From contig JAPLKZ010000013.1 in NCBI GenBank assembly GCA_026387835.1, positions 9,369 through 73,368 of the forward strand: a stretch of DNA of 64,000 nucleotides, written 5' to 3'. Source of the DNA: Candidatus Saganbacteria bacterium (GTDB taxonomy: Bacteria > Margulisbacteria > WOR-1 > JAKLHX01). Below, piece by piece: positions 38,988 through 47,205 of this stretch; positions within the stretch are counted from its first letter, which is position 1, and each line of letters opens with the position of its first letter. The notes under the pieces are model-generated. The model was given only the letters and a program-made list of their open reading frames with translations. It made no database searches and was not told where the DNA came from. The translations under genes were made by a program, and so were the position numbers.

Positions 38988-40351
38988 TTTATTGTCTTGA
39001 ACTCCAGTCTTGAGTTTATCCATTTCTCTACGATCTTTTTCCTTGACTTTTGAGGGACACCGTTCTTTTCAAAGTCGTTTATCAGCTTTTCCCTGAGACC
39101 GACCCAGAACCCCCAGTCAGCTTTCATCTTACCGTACCACCCGGCGTTCTTTTCAATCACTTTGTTATAGATCCTGAGATAATTATACAGGCTCAGAGTA
39201 TCGCGCCTCACTTTTTTGTCTTGCGGCAGATCTCGCGATTTGAAAGCAAGGTATGCTTTTTCAAGCCGCGGATCAAGGACCGCCCTGTCCTTGTTGGTCA
39301 GGGGCATATCGTGGAACAATCTGTAAAAAGCCGCTTCTTCGGGGATCATTTTATTTTCCCTGCCTGATGTTGAAATGAAGTCGTATGCATTCTTGTAAGA
39401 ACTAAAGTCAAGATTATTTACAGCCAGCCCTTCGATATCTAAAGGCCCGTCCATCGTAAGTATATTTGCTATGCTGCCTACCAGCTTGTATTGTTCGAAA
39501 AGGAGCTCGCCCGAGCAATAGCCGATCTCGGGATACCTTGCCCTGCCGTCCCTGGTCCAGTAGATCACATATTTCCCGAAATCATGCCCGGCCCATCTTA
39601 ATGAGAGGATATTGCCGTAATTATCGCGGGAAATGTCGTAATAATTATATCTCCAGCCGCTTTCCTGCTGTAAAAGGTCTTCCTGTATGAAACGCGGGGC
39701 CGGGATATAGCCCGGGAATCTTTTAACGGTCCAGATGCCGGAATTATATTTTATTTCCGTGCCGAACGCAAGTTTTGTGATCTCAGGATAGGTCGGACTG
39801 ATATAATGGTCTGTTTTGCCGAGTATCTTGTATCTGCCGGTGTCCGTCGGCGTCGCCGTCATGAAATCCCTGTCCAAAGGTTTGTTCTTTACGACGTCCT
39901 CAAGCATGGTGAAATCATACGGAGGCCCGGCTTGGACCGGGACTTTGACATACGGCCTGTTATCAAGGAAAATATATAATCTTGAAAATGAAGGAAATAC
40001 CACTAAAGATGTCCTGCTGCTGCTGAACAGCGAAGCATAATAATCTATATCTTTTTCATCCATCACAACGTCGTCGAAAAATGCGATGCTTTTATCCTGG
40101 AACGGCAGGGCTTTATCGGAATAAGACCTTATTATAAGAGGCGTCCCCTTTTTTACTGTCCTGTAAAGGAGATAGATATCTGACGGAGTGAAATGCAGGC
40201 ATCCGTGGCTGTCGTAAAGAAAACCGAGGTAATCGCGGAAATATGATGCGAAATTAGTCTTGTTCAGAAGGTCTTTGCTTCCATAGTCCGCGGCGGAACA
40301 AAATGTTATCAATATAGCGGTCATGATAGCCGCGCATATTAAACGTTTCAT
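38984..40351 (-). CDS. Secreted YkuD-like protein, paralog B (the upstream His is not conserved)
   Basis: FASYFRDYLGFLYDSHGCLHFTPSDIYLLYRTVKKGTPLII; colinear similarity to paralog A over the whole length. Confidence 0.5.
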   Translation of the reverse strand: MKRLICAAIMTAILITFCSAADYGSKDLLNKTNFASYFRDYLGFLYDSHGCLHFTPSDIYLLYRTVKKGTPLIIRSYSDKALPFQDKSIAFFDDVVMDEKDIDYYASLFSSSRTSLVVFPSFSRLYIFLDNRPYVKVPVQAGPPYDFTMLEDVVKNKPLDRDFMTATPTDTGRYKILGKTDHYISPTYPEITKLAFGTEIKYNSGIWTVKRFPGYIPAPRFIQEDLLQQESGWRYNYYDISRDNYGNILSLRWAGHDFGKYVIYWTRDGRARYPEIGYCSGELLFEQYKLVGSIANILTMDGPLDIEGLAVNNLDFSSYKNAYDFISTSGRENKMIPEEAAFYRLFHDMPLTNKDRAVLDPRLEKAYLAFKSRDLPQDKKVRRDTLSLYNYLRIYNKVIEKNAGWYGKMKADWGFWVGLREKLINDFEKNGVPQKSRKKIVEKWINSRLEFKTIK

Positions 40352-40396
40352 TAATGGATATTATAACGCAATAAGGCAAGGGGTGCGAATAATCAA

Positions 40397-40468
40397 CTAG
40401 CCCCACGGGGAATCGAACCCCGACCGTCAGCTTGAAAAGCTGATGTCCTAACCGTTAGACGATGGGGC
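40397..40468 (-). tRNA. tRNA-Glu (UUC)
   Basis: A cloverleaf folds by hand: anticodon stem TCAGC/GCTGA, loop TTTTCAA, T-arm CGGGG-TTCGATT-CCCCG. 72 nt, no encoded CCA. Confidence 0.85.
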
Positions 40469-40559
40469 CACATTTGTAATTTTATCAAAAAACCGTAAAA
40501 CTTACCATACGATCAGAAATACTGAAACTTTACGATTTTTTTATCGATTAATATTCAAG

Positions 40560-42044
40560 ATGGGACACGCATCTGTAAACTTCACAAACAGGGGATGTTC
40601 AAGGCAATGGACTGTTCAGGATGTCGGATTCCGACTCCCTGTACAGAACAGGCTGGTTTTACAGCGGCCGAATGATCGTATCGTGATCGCGGGGCTTGCT
40701 CCGAACGCGGGAAAAGCCCTGGCAGCGGAGGGACTGAGGCCGGATGTTGCGATTGTGCCGTCAAGACAACATTTAAATGAAATGTTTTTCCCGTTATCGA
40801 TTTCAAGCGCTCAGACCGGCGATCGGGTGAAAATTATAGTCCCTGACAGCGATACAGCGGAAGCGGTCAGACAATATCTTGCGCAGGCATACAGGCCCTA
40901 TGCCAAGGACGAGAACCCTTTTTCAGCTTTTATTTTTGACAGGGCAAAACTTGATCACTGGGGTGTTGCGACATTATCCTCAGACGAACTTGCGCAGGAA
41001 ATCCAATATTATAGCGGAAGATGCGAAAGAGATGCCGGTAGGATGGCGGACATAATCATATTAAGACGGGGAGAAGCTTTTGATATGAGGGTCAGAGAGA
41101 ATCCAGTCAGGGTTATGACTCCGGACGGAAAGACATATATCTTCGACGAAGAACGGATATGTTCCGATGATTTTTCGCCGGTAGTCTTTGAAAGGGAAAA
41201 TATCCCCACATTAGAAGAATGGGATCCGCGATTTGGCGTGTTCATGCTGGGTGTAAATTCCGGAGGCTATCCAAAAGGTTTTTCAGTTTCAATGCTTGTG
41301 AGGTCCCGCGGCAGAAATGTCGTCATCGATTGCGGGCCTCAGGTTCCGGCCGTGCTGAAAGAAACGGGAATAAATCTGAACACAATATCCTGGGTGCTAA
41401 CCCATGTCCATCCGGACCATGACAGCGGATTATTTGACCTTCTCGCGGATCCAAATGTCAGAAGAATAGACCTATACACACATATATTCGCGGCAATATC
41501 ACTGCTCAAAAAATGCAGGGCCATGGGTTTGTATGAAAAAGCGGTCCAAAAGATCTCATTTATGGGAGGTGCAAACTTTAACGACGTCAACTTCATCGCT
41601 TCATCCCGGAATCTAACCCCGTGGCCGGGGGCTCTGAGCACTTTCCGTGAAAATATGATGTTCATGGGTTCAAACCATCTTAATATCAGAACAGAATGGA
41701 CCCTGCACGGGATACCCACGATCATGCTGAAAATTGATGACGGAAGGAACGCACTTCTTTATACAGGAGACGGCGCTTTTTCACAGGACAGGATAATCGA
41801 GATCACGGAGGCAGGAGCTCTGTCAGGACAAAGATTATCAAGGATGGCGACTTTTCTGCGTGATTTTAAGCATCAAAATACATTATTGGTCGAAGAGATC
41901 GGAAGAGGAATCAATCACAGCACGAAACCCATGGATATGCTTGATGCGGTTCCATGGATGAGACGGTTCGTTCACTGGGCAAAGGCAGATGATCTTCCGC
42001 AGGAGCAAGTCGCGCAAACATTTGAAGTGGTTAATCTGGAATAG
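40560..42044 (+). CDS. Metallo-beta-lactamase-fold hydrolase, paralog of the 35921..37432 ORF; the N-terminal boundary is uncertain
   Basis: Motif LTHVHPDHDSG with the same domain order as MBL-1 (…VVIDCG… / …SIAIDPG…; …LLYTGDGAF… / …VGVTGDSRY…). GC is locally higher than the neighbours. Confidence 0.5.
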   Translation: MGHASVNFTNRGCSRQWTVQDVGFRLPVQNRLVLQRPNDRIVIAGLAPNAGKALAAEGLRPDVAIVPSRQHLNEMFFPLSISSAQTGDRVKIIVPDSDTAEAVRQYLAQAYRPYAKDENPFSAFIFDRAKLDHWGVATLSSDELAQEIQYYSGRCERDAGRMADIIILRRGEAFDMRVRENPVRVMTPDGKTYIFDEERICSDDFSPVVFERENIPTLEEWDPRFGVFMLGVNSGGYPKGFSVSMLVRSRGRNVVIDCGPQVPAVLKETGINLNTISWVLTHVHPDHDSGLFDLLADPNVRRIDLYTHIFAAISLLKKCRAMGLYEKAVQKISFMGGANFNDVNFIASSRNLTPWPGALSTFRENMMFMGSNHLNIRTEWTLHGIPTIMLKIDDGRNALLYTGDGAFSQDRIIEITEAGALSGQRLSRMATFLRDFKHQNTLLVEEIGRGINHSTKPMDMLDAVPWMRRFVHWAKADDLPQEQVAQTFEVVNLE

Positions 42045-42060
42045 AGCAATATCTATAATA

Positions 42061-42088
42061 AAAGGGCCGCAGGATGCGGCCCTTTATA
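42061..42088. terminator. Bidirectional rho-independent terminator between convergent genes
   Basis: AAA-GGGCCGC-AGGAT-GCGGCCC-TTTATAAT: a 7-bp GC stem flanked by A and T runs. Confidence 0.7.
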
Positions 42089-42101
42089 ATGAACAGGGAT
42101 A

Positions 42102-43211
42102 TCAGAAGCCGATGTGCACGTCGACCATTGTCTTATTGTTCGTCGAATTATTATTATCGCTGACGAACGCGAGGTTGACAGTATCGGCAAGCACTCCGAT
42201 ACCATATGTCATCATGTTCACAGGGGCCGCGCTGTTACCTCCCGATATCGAACCGATCCTGAGCGCGACCAATTTCATCAGGATAGGATATTCAAGACCA
42301 ATGTGCGTGACCGAATAACCGGACGAAACGCTGTCAAGGTCGACAGCAAGCTTCGCTCCGATGAGAGGTATCTCGGTGGCGGCGCCGATGACCAGGGTCG
42401 TCGGCACGGAAACATCAGCGAGAGGAGATGGCGTAAGATTCTGCATCGGACCGCTCTGACTTCCATCCGAGTTATTAAACGTTCCTTTTGTCTTTGCCTG
42501 AGTGCCTTTCAAATTGGCGAAAAGGTCCTTATAAACGAGCGCGAAAGATATCGGCATAGTAGGGACGACATTTGTCTTTCCCTGCATTCCTATATCAAGG
42601 CCGAATCCCGAATAACTGTTGACGGTATTCGTTATGTCGGTCGTGGATACTCCCGCGGCAACACTGGCGTCGGCCGTAGCGTTATAAATATACTTCGCGT
42701 TGAAACCGATATTTATGTCACCAAGATATGGAACGCCGACCCCATATCCCATCGTGAGCGCGCTGTCCGAATTAAGATTCGCGATTGCTCCGGCGCCGAA
42801 CTCGTTCTTGTTCTTGTTAAGTTCGAGATAGGTCACAGGGATCACGCTGATGCCGGTCTTTGCAACATCAAAACCGACGATCGCGTTTACGCTGCCTTTC
42901 ACGTTTATCTGCTGTGAAAAATTATCCGCTAAAAACTTAGCGGGGTTTGATATATTGCCCAATACATTCATGAGCTTATCGGATCCCTGCGAAGTGTATG
43001 CCGCGCCGAGCTTGAGTGCGACTGCCTGAGCTCTCGCCATGCCTGCAGGGTTGTAATAAGCGGCTGCGATGTCATCGACAATAGCGGACCCGGCTCCGCC
43101 CATCCCTGCGATCTTGGCGCTTGCCCCGTAAGGCAGTACACCCGACGGCATAGCAATTGCAGCCGAAGCTATCAGACAGACCGACAGACAAGCTAAAACG
43201 ATTTTCTTCAT
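42102..43211 (-). CDS. FadL/TodX/OmpP1-family outer-membrane transport channel
   Basis: Signal peptide; N-terminal motif GASAKIAGMGGAGSAIVDDIAAAYYNPAGMA resembles the FadL hatch/NPA region; C-terminal Phe. Confidence 0.6.
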   Translation of the reverse strand: MKKIVLACLSVCLIASAAIAMPSGVLPYGASAKIAGMGGAGSAIVDDIAAAYYNPAGMARAQAVALKLGAAYTSQGSDKLMNVLGNISNPAKFLADNFSQQINVKGSVNAIVGFDVAKTGISVIPVTYLELNKNKNEFGAGAIANLNSDSALTMGYGVGVPYLGDINIGFNAKYIYNATADASVAAGVSTTDITNTVNSYSGFGLDIGMQGKTNVVPTMPISFALVYKDLFANLKGTQAKTKGTFNNSDGSQSGPMQNLTPSPLADVSVPTTLVIGAATEIPLIGAKLAVDLDSVSSGYSVTHIGLEYPILMKLVALRIGSISGGNSAAPVNMMTYGIGVLADTVNLAFVSDNNNSTNNKTMVDVHIGF

Positions 43212-43281
43212 ACCAGTCCTCCTTATAAAAAAATATTAGATAAATTGTACATATACGAGGGGGTGAATGTCAAGGACGAAA

Positions 43282-43330
43282 AACTCACCCCCGTCCCCTC
43301 TCTTATCAAGAGAGGGGACGGGGGTGAGTT
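43282..43330 (-). terminator. Very long perfect hairpin (21-bp stem, 7-nt loop) immediately downstream of rpoD
   Basis: AACTCACCCCCGTCCCCTCTC-TTATCAA-GAGAGGGGACGGGGGTGAGTT, followed on the minus strand by TTTTTCG. Confidence 0.6.
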
Positions 43331-43332
43331 GA

Positions 43333-44406
43333 TTATTTCAGATATTCTCTTAACTTTCTGCTTCGCGTCGGATGCTTGAACTTGCGCAGCGCCTTTGCTT
43401 CGATCTGGCGGATGCGTTCTCTTGTGACCTTGTAGATCTGGCCCACTTCTTCAAGTGTCCGCGGCCTGCCGTCCTCAAGCCCGAAACGGAGCTTTATAAC
43501 GGTCCTCTCTCTTTCAGATAGAGAGCTCATCACTTCTTCCAGGTCATCGCGCAGCATGCCGTGAAGGACCGTCTCGTCGGGATGCGCTATTGTCGAGTCT
43601 TCCACAAAATCACCGAGATGCGAGCTTTCCTCGTCCCCGATGGGTATCTCCAGAGACAGCGGGAGCTGCGAGACTTTTATGATCTCTCTGACCTTGTCGA
43701 CGGACACTCTTGCTCTTCTGGCTATTTCTGTCTCGGTCGGTTTCCTTCCCAGCTTTTGAAGAAGGCCTCTTGTGACCTTCCTCATCTTGTTTATGGTCTC
43801 GACCATATGCACGGGGATCCTGATAGTGCGGGCCTGATCGGCTATGGACCTCGTGATCGCCTGCCTGATCCACCAGGTAGCGTATGTGGAAAATTTATAC
43901 CCTTTGCGGTGATCGAATTTCTCGACCGCGCGGATAAGGCCAAGATTTCCTTCCTGTATCAGGTCGAGGAAAAGCATCCCGCGGCCGGTGTATTTCTTTG
44001 CTATGCTCACCACGAGGCGCAGGTTGGAATTTACCAGTTTATGCTTTGCTTTCATATCGCCCCGCTTCATTCTTTTAGCGATCGAGACCTCCTCCGCGAA
44101 AGTTAGGAGAGGGAATTTTCCGATCTCCCTGAGGTACATCTTGACCGTGTCGTCGACGCCGGGCCCCTTGAAGTCGGAAGCGTCGTGAGGGTTTACCTCA
44201 TCTTCCACGACGGGGATCTTTTTCATTTTGTCCTCGGCAACATCAGCGTTCTTAAGAAGATATTCTATATCCTCTGAGCTTTTTGAATGGTCGGGAAAAA
44301 CCGAGACATAGTCCTCGTGGCTGTGGAACGGCTTTTTCCCCCTTGTCCGGGGCTGTTCTTCACTTGTTTGAGTCATCACAGGCCTCCTTTTTGCCTGAGC
44401 AGTCAC
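43333..44406 (-). CDS. rpoD: RNA polymerase primary sigma factor (short, 357-aa form)
   Basis: Region 2 [18 protein letters not shown] and [25 protein letters not shown]; region 4 HTH; dgt-dnaG-rpoD synteny. Confidence 0.9.
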   Translation of the reverse strand: MTAQAKRRPVMTQTSEEQPRTRGKKPFHSHEDYVSVFPDHSKSSEDIEYLLKNADVAEDKMKKIPVVEDEVNPHDASDFKGPGVDDTVKMYLREIGKFPLLTFAEEVSIAKRMKRGDMKAKHKLVNSNLRLVVSIAKKYTGRGMLFLDLIQEGNLGLIRAVEKFDHRKGYKFSTYATWWIRQAITRSIADQARTIRIPVHMVETINKMRKVTRGLLQKLGRKPTETEIARRARVSVDKVREIIKVSQLPLSLEIPIGDEESSHLGDFVEDSTIAHPDETVLHGMLRDDLEEVMSSLSERERTVIKLRFGLEDGRPRTLEEVGQIYKVTRERIRQIEAKALRKFKHPTRSRKLREYLK

Positions 44407-44456
44407 AGGCCAAGACTACTCATAAATATATCGCCATTAATGCGCATGAATTTCAC

Positions 44457-46223
44457 TTAAAATGACCTTATCTCGTTATGGCACTTCTTGAACTCTTCCT
44501 GAAGCGCCGCCAAGCCGGCAAGGTCGTTCGCTTTTTCAGCCTCAGACATCCTGCGTTTAAGGCCGTCTATCCTTATCTTAAGCGCGTTGGATTTCAGCGT
44601 GTTTATGCAATCCTGAAGCGTCTTCTCCCTGTCCATGATCTCATGATCGTCAAATATAATAGCTGAAAAGGCCTTTTTAGCCTCTTCAGTTGCGAGCGCG
44701 TCAACAATGACCGGCAATCTATCTTCTCCCATGTCTGCTCCGGCAGGAGGCAGTTTTTCAAATATCTCCCTGTTCACGGAACAGGAAAAATCATCCGCGG
44801 TCAGATCTTTCATGGCATTATCACGGCCGGCGGTGTCTTCCAGGCACAGCTTTATTATCGTCTTTTCAGCCTCATCTATCTTTGAAAGCGGTTTTTTTAT
44901 CGGGCCCCGCCTGCCCCTGAAGTCACCAGTGCTGTAATACCCCGAGTCTTTTATTGCGGAAAGCACGTGGTCTTCGTCAACATTCAATCTTCTGCTCAGG
45001 TTTTTGGAGTATTCACTCCGTATCACATTGTCCTTTTCTTTTGAAAGGATCGCGGCGGCTTCTTTCAGGGCTTTTGATTTTCCTTCCGGAGAAGATATAT
45101 CATTTTTTTTCAGAACAGCCCCGAGCTTATAAGCTAACCACGGCACAGCTTTATTTAACAGTTCAGAAAACTTTTCCTTGCCCTCTTTTGTTATTATCTC
45201 ATCCGGATCTTTTCCGCCGGACAGCACGGCGACTTTCGGGTATATCCCGATCTCTTTAAGAATGTCTATGCTTCTTTCCGTCGCCTGGGAGCCGGCTGCA
45301 TCGCTGTCAAAGACGAGCGTTATATTATCGGTAAGCCTCTGCAGTGATTTCACCTGATTTATCGTGACAGAAGTGCCCGAACTTGCGACGACATTGTCAA
45401 AACCGGCGGAAAAAGCGGATATCACGTCCATATAGCCTTCCATTATAAGAGCGCAGCGCTTTTCCCTGATGTGTTCTTTGGAAAAATTGAGACCGAAAAG
45501 AACGTTCCCCTTGTTATAAACAGGGGAGTCCGGCGAATTGAGATATTTAGGATCGCCCCCGTCCATGGACCTTGCACCGAAACCGAGCGCCCTGCCTTTC
45601 GCGTCAAAGATAGGGAACATCAGCCGGTTCCTGAAACGGTCGTAATAGGAATTAGAACCTTCTTTCTTGAGGATAAGGCCGGCAAGTTCGATGTCTTTTG
45701 GAAGATAGCCTTTTGATGTCAGGAACCTGTAAGTCTTATCCCACGAGTCGGGTGAGTAACCGATCCTGAAAGTCGAAAGCGCCTGCTTGTCCAGCCCCCT
45801 TTTTTGAACATAAGCAAGAGCGGTCTCCGATATTTTAAGCTCCAGCTCATAGAATTCCAGGGCCGAAGATATTATCTCAAATATCTTTTGGTCTTTGGTA
45901 CCCTGTGGATCCTGAGGCCGCGCGTCGATCTCGAGCGGTATCCCGAGCTTATCGGCGAGCAGTTTTGCCGCTTCCTTGAAAGAGATGTTCTCTATCTTCA
46001 TGATGAAAGAAAAAACATTCCCGCCCTCGCTGCAGCCGAAGCAGTGAAAGAGCTGTTTTTCCTGGCTGACGGTAAATGAGGCCGTTTTTTCGCTGTGGAA
46101 AGGGCAGAGCGCGAGATAATTCTTACCCCTCTTCTTCAAGGCGACATAATCTGATACGATACTTACGATATCAGCCTTGCTCCGGATGTCTTCGATAATA
46201 TTTTTATCTATCATTTGTTCCAC
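44457..46223 (-). CDS. dnaG: DNA primase
   Basis: Zinc ribbon CPFHSEKTASF…CFGC, TOPRIM domain (EGYMDVIS…DSDAAG), and a C-terminal helicase-binding domain. Confidence 0.9.
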   Translation of the reverse strand: MEQMIDKNIIEDIRSKADIVSIVSDYVALKKRGKNYLALCPFHSEKTASFTVSQEKQLFHCFGCSEGGNVFSFIMKIENISFKEAAKLLADKLGIPLEIDARPQDPQGTKDQKIFEIISSALEFYELELKISETALAYVQKRGLDKQALSTFRIGYSPDSWDKTYRFLTSKGYLPKDIELAGLILKKEGSNSYYDRFRNRLMFPIFDAKGRALGFGARSMDGGDPKYLNSPDSPVYNKGNVLFGLNFSKEHIREKRCALIMEGYMDVISAFSAGFDNVVASSGTSVTINQVKSLQRLTDNITLVFDSDAAGSQATERSIDILKEIGIYPKVAVLSGGKDPDEIITKEGKEKFSELLNKAVPWLAYKLGAVLKKNDISSPEGKSKALKEAAAILSKEKDNVIRSEYSKNLSRRLNVDEDHVLSAIKDSGYYSTGDFRGRRGPIKKPLSKIDEAEKTIIKLCLEDTAGRDNAMKDLTADDFSCSVNREIFEKLPPAGADMGEDRLPVIVDALATEEAKKAFSAIIFDDHEIMDREKTLQDCINTLKSNALKIRIDGLKRRMSEAEKANDLAGLAALQEEFKKCHNEIRSF

Positions 46224-47203
46224 TGCGACGGGACAAATATCGTCTCAAAAGCGGACAGGGCATACCTGTCGGTCATGCCGGCGATAAAATCCCTGACAGC
46301 TCCGGCAAGAGTTTTTTTGTTTCCGGCGCGCTTAAAGTCCGGTATGCCTGAAGGTTCAGACATGTAATGGCCAAAAAGAGCGGAGAGCACGTGATAGATC
46401 TTTTTTTCTTCATTTTTTGAGCGCGGTCCGGTATAGACGGTCCTGTACATGAAGCCGTAAAGGCCATTAAGAACGGAAAGGCCTTTTCTGCCCATGCATA
46501 TTTTATCTCTTCCGCTACTGTTATTTACCACGTCTTTCACGAATACGTCTACCGGGCTTCTGCCGATGAAATCCTGGAATTTTTCCGGTATCTGCTCTCT
46601 TTTTAAAACTCCTGAACGTATCGAATCATCGATATCATGATTGATATACGCGATCCTGTCCGCGAACCTGACGATCTGGCCTTCGAGGGTCTTTGCCAAA
46701 GGAAAAGTCCACGGGTGGTTAAGTATTCCGTCCCTGACTTCCCGCGTCAGGTTCAATCTTTCTATATCGTCTATCACGTGCAGGCTCTGCTCGTTATGGA
46801 AAAATCTCAAGCCGTATTTTTTCAGGAGGCTGTCAAGGACAGCTTCTCCGGCGTGGCCGAATGGAGTATGTCCGAGATCATGTCCGAGCGCGATCGCTTC
46901 GGTCAGGTCCTCGTTAAGTCCGAGCGCTCTGGCAATGGTCCGTCCTATCTGCGAGACTTCCAGAGTGTGGGTCAGTCTAGTCCTGTAATGGTCCCCGGAG
47001 GGCGCGATGAAGACCTGCGTCTTGTGCTTGAGCCTTCTGAAAGCTTTTGAATGGATGATGCGGTCCCTGTCATGCTGGAAAGCAGTGCGGATATCGCATT
47101 CTTTTTCACCGCGCAGCCTGCCCCTGCTTTTGCAAGACAAAGCGGCTCTTTTAGAAAGAGCCTGGCTTTCTTTTTTTTCAACCGCTTCGCGGATCGTTTG
47201 CAT
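46211..47203 (-). CDS. dgt: dGTPase-family HD-domain triphosphohydrolase
   Basis: HD motif TRLTHTLEVSQIGR…HDLGHTPFGH. Confidence 0.85.
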   Translation of the reverse strand: MQTIREAVEKKESQALSKRAALSCKSRGRLRGEKECDIRTAFQHDRDRIIHSKAFRRLKHKTQVFIAPSGDHYRTRLTHTLEVSQIGRTIARALGLNEDLTEAIALGHDLGHTPFGHAGEAVLDSLLKKYGLRFFHNEQSLHVIDDIERLNLTREVRDGILNHPWTFPLAKTLEGQIVRFADRIAYINHDIDDSIRSGVLKREQIPEKFQDFIGRSPVDVFVKDVVNNSSGRDKICMGRKGLSVLNGLYGFMYRTVYTGPRSKNEEKKIYHVLSALFGHYMSEPSGIPDFKRAGNKKTLAGAVRDFIAGMTDRYALSAFETIFVPSQWNK

Positions 47204-47205
47204 AT

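Noticed and set aside
40352-40559. Possible integration scar or att site at tRNA-Glu
   Set aside because: No direct repeat of the tRNA 3' end was found in the flanks by eye, and no integrase gene is present. Only a compositional hint remains.
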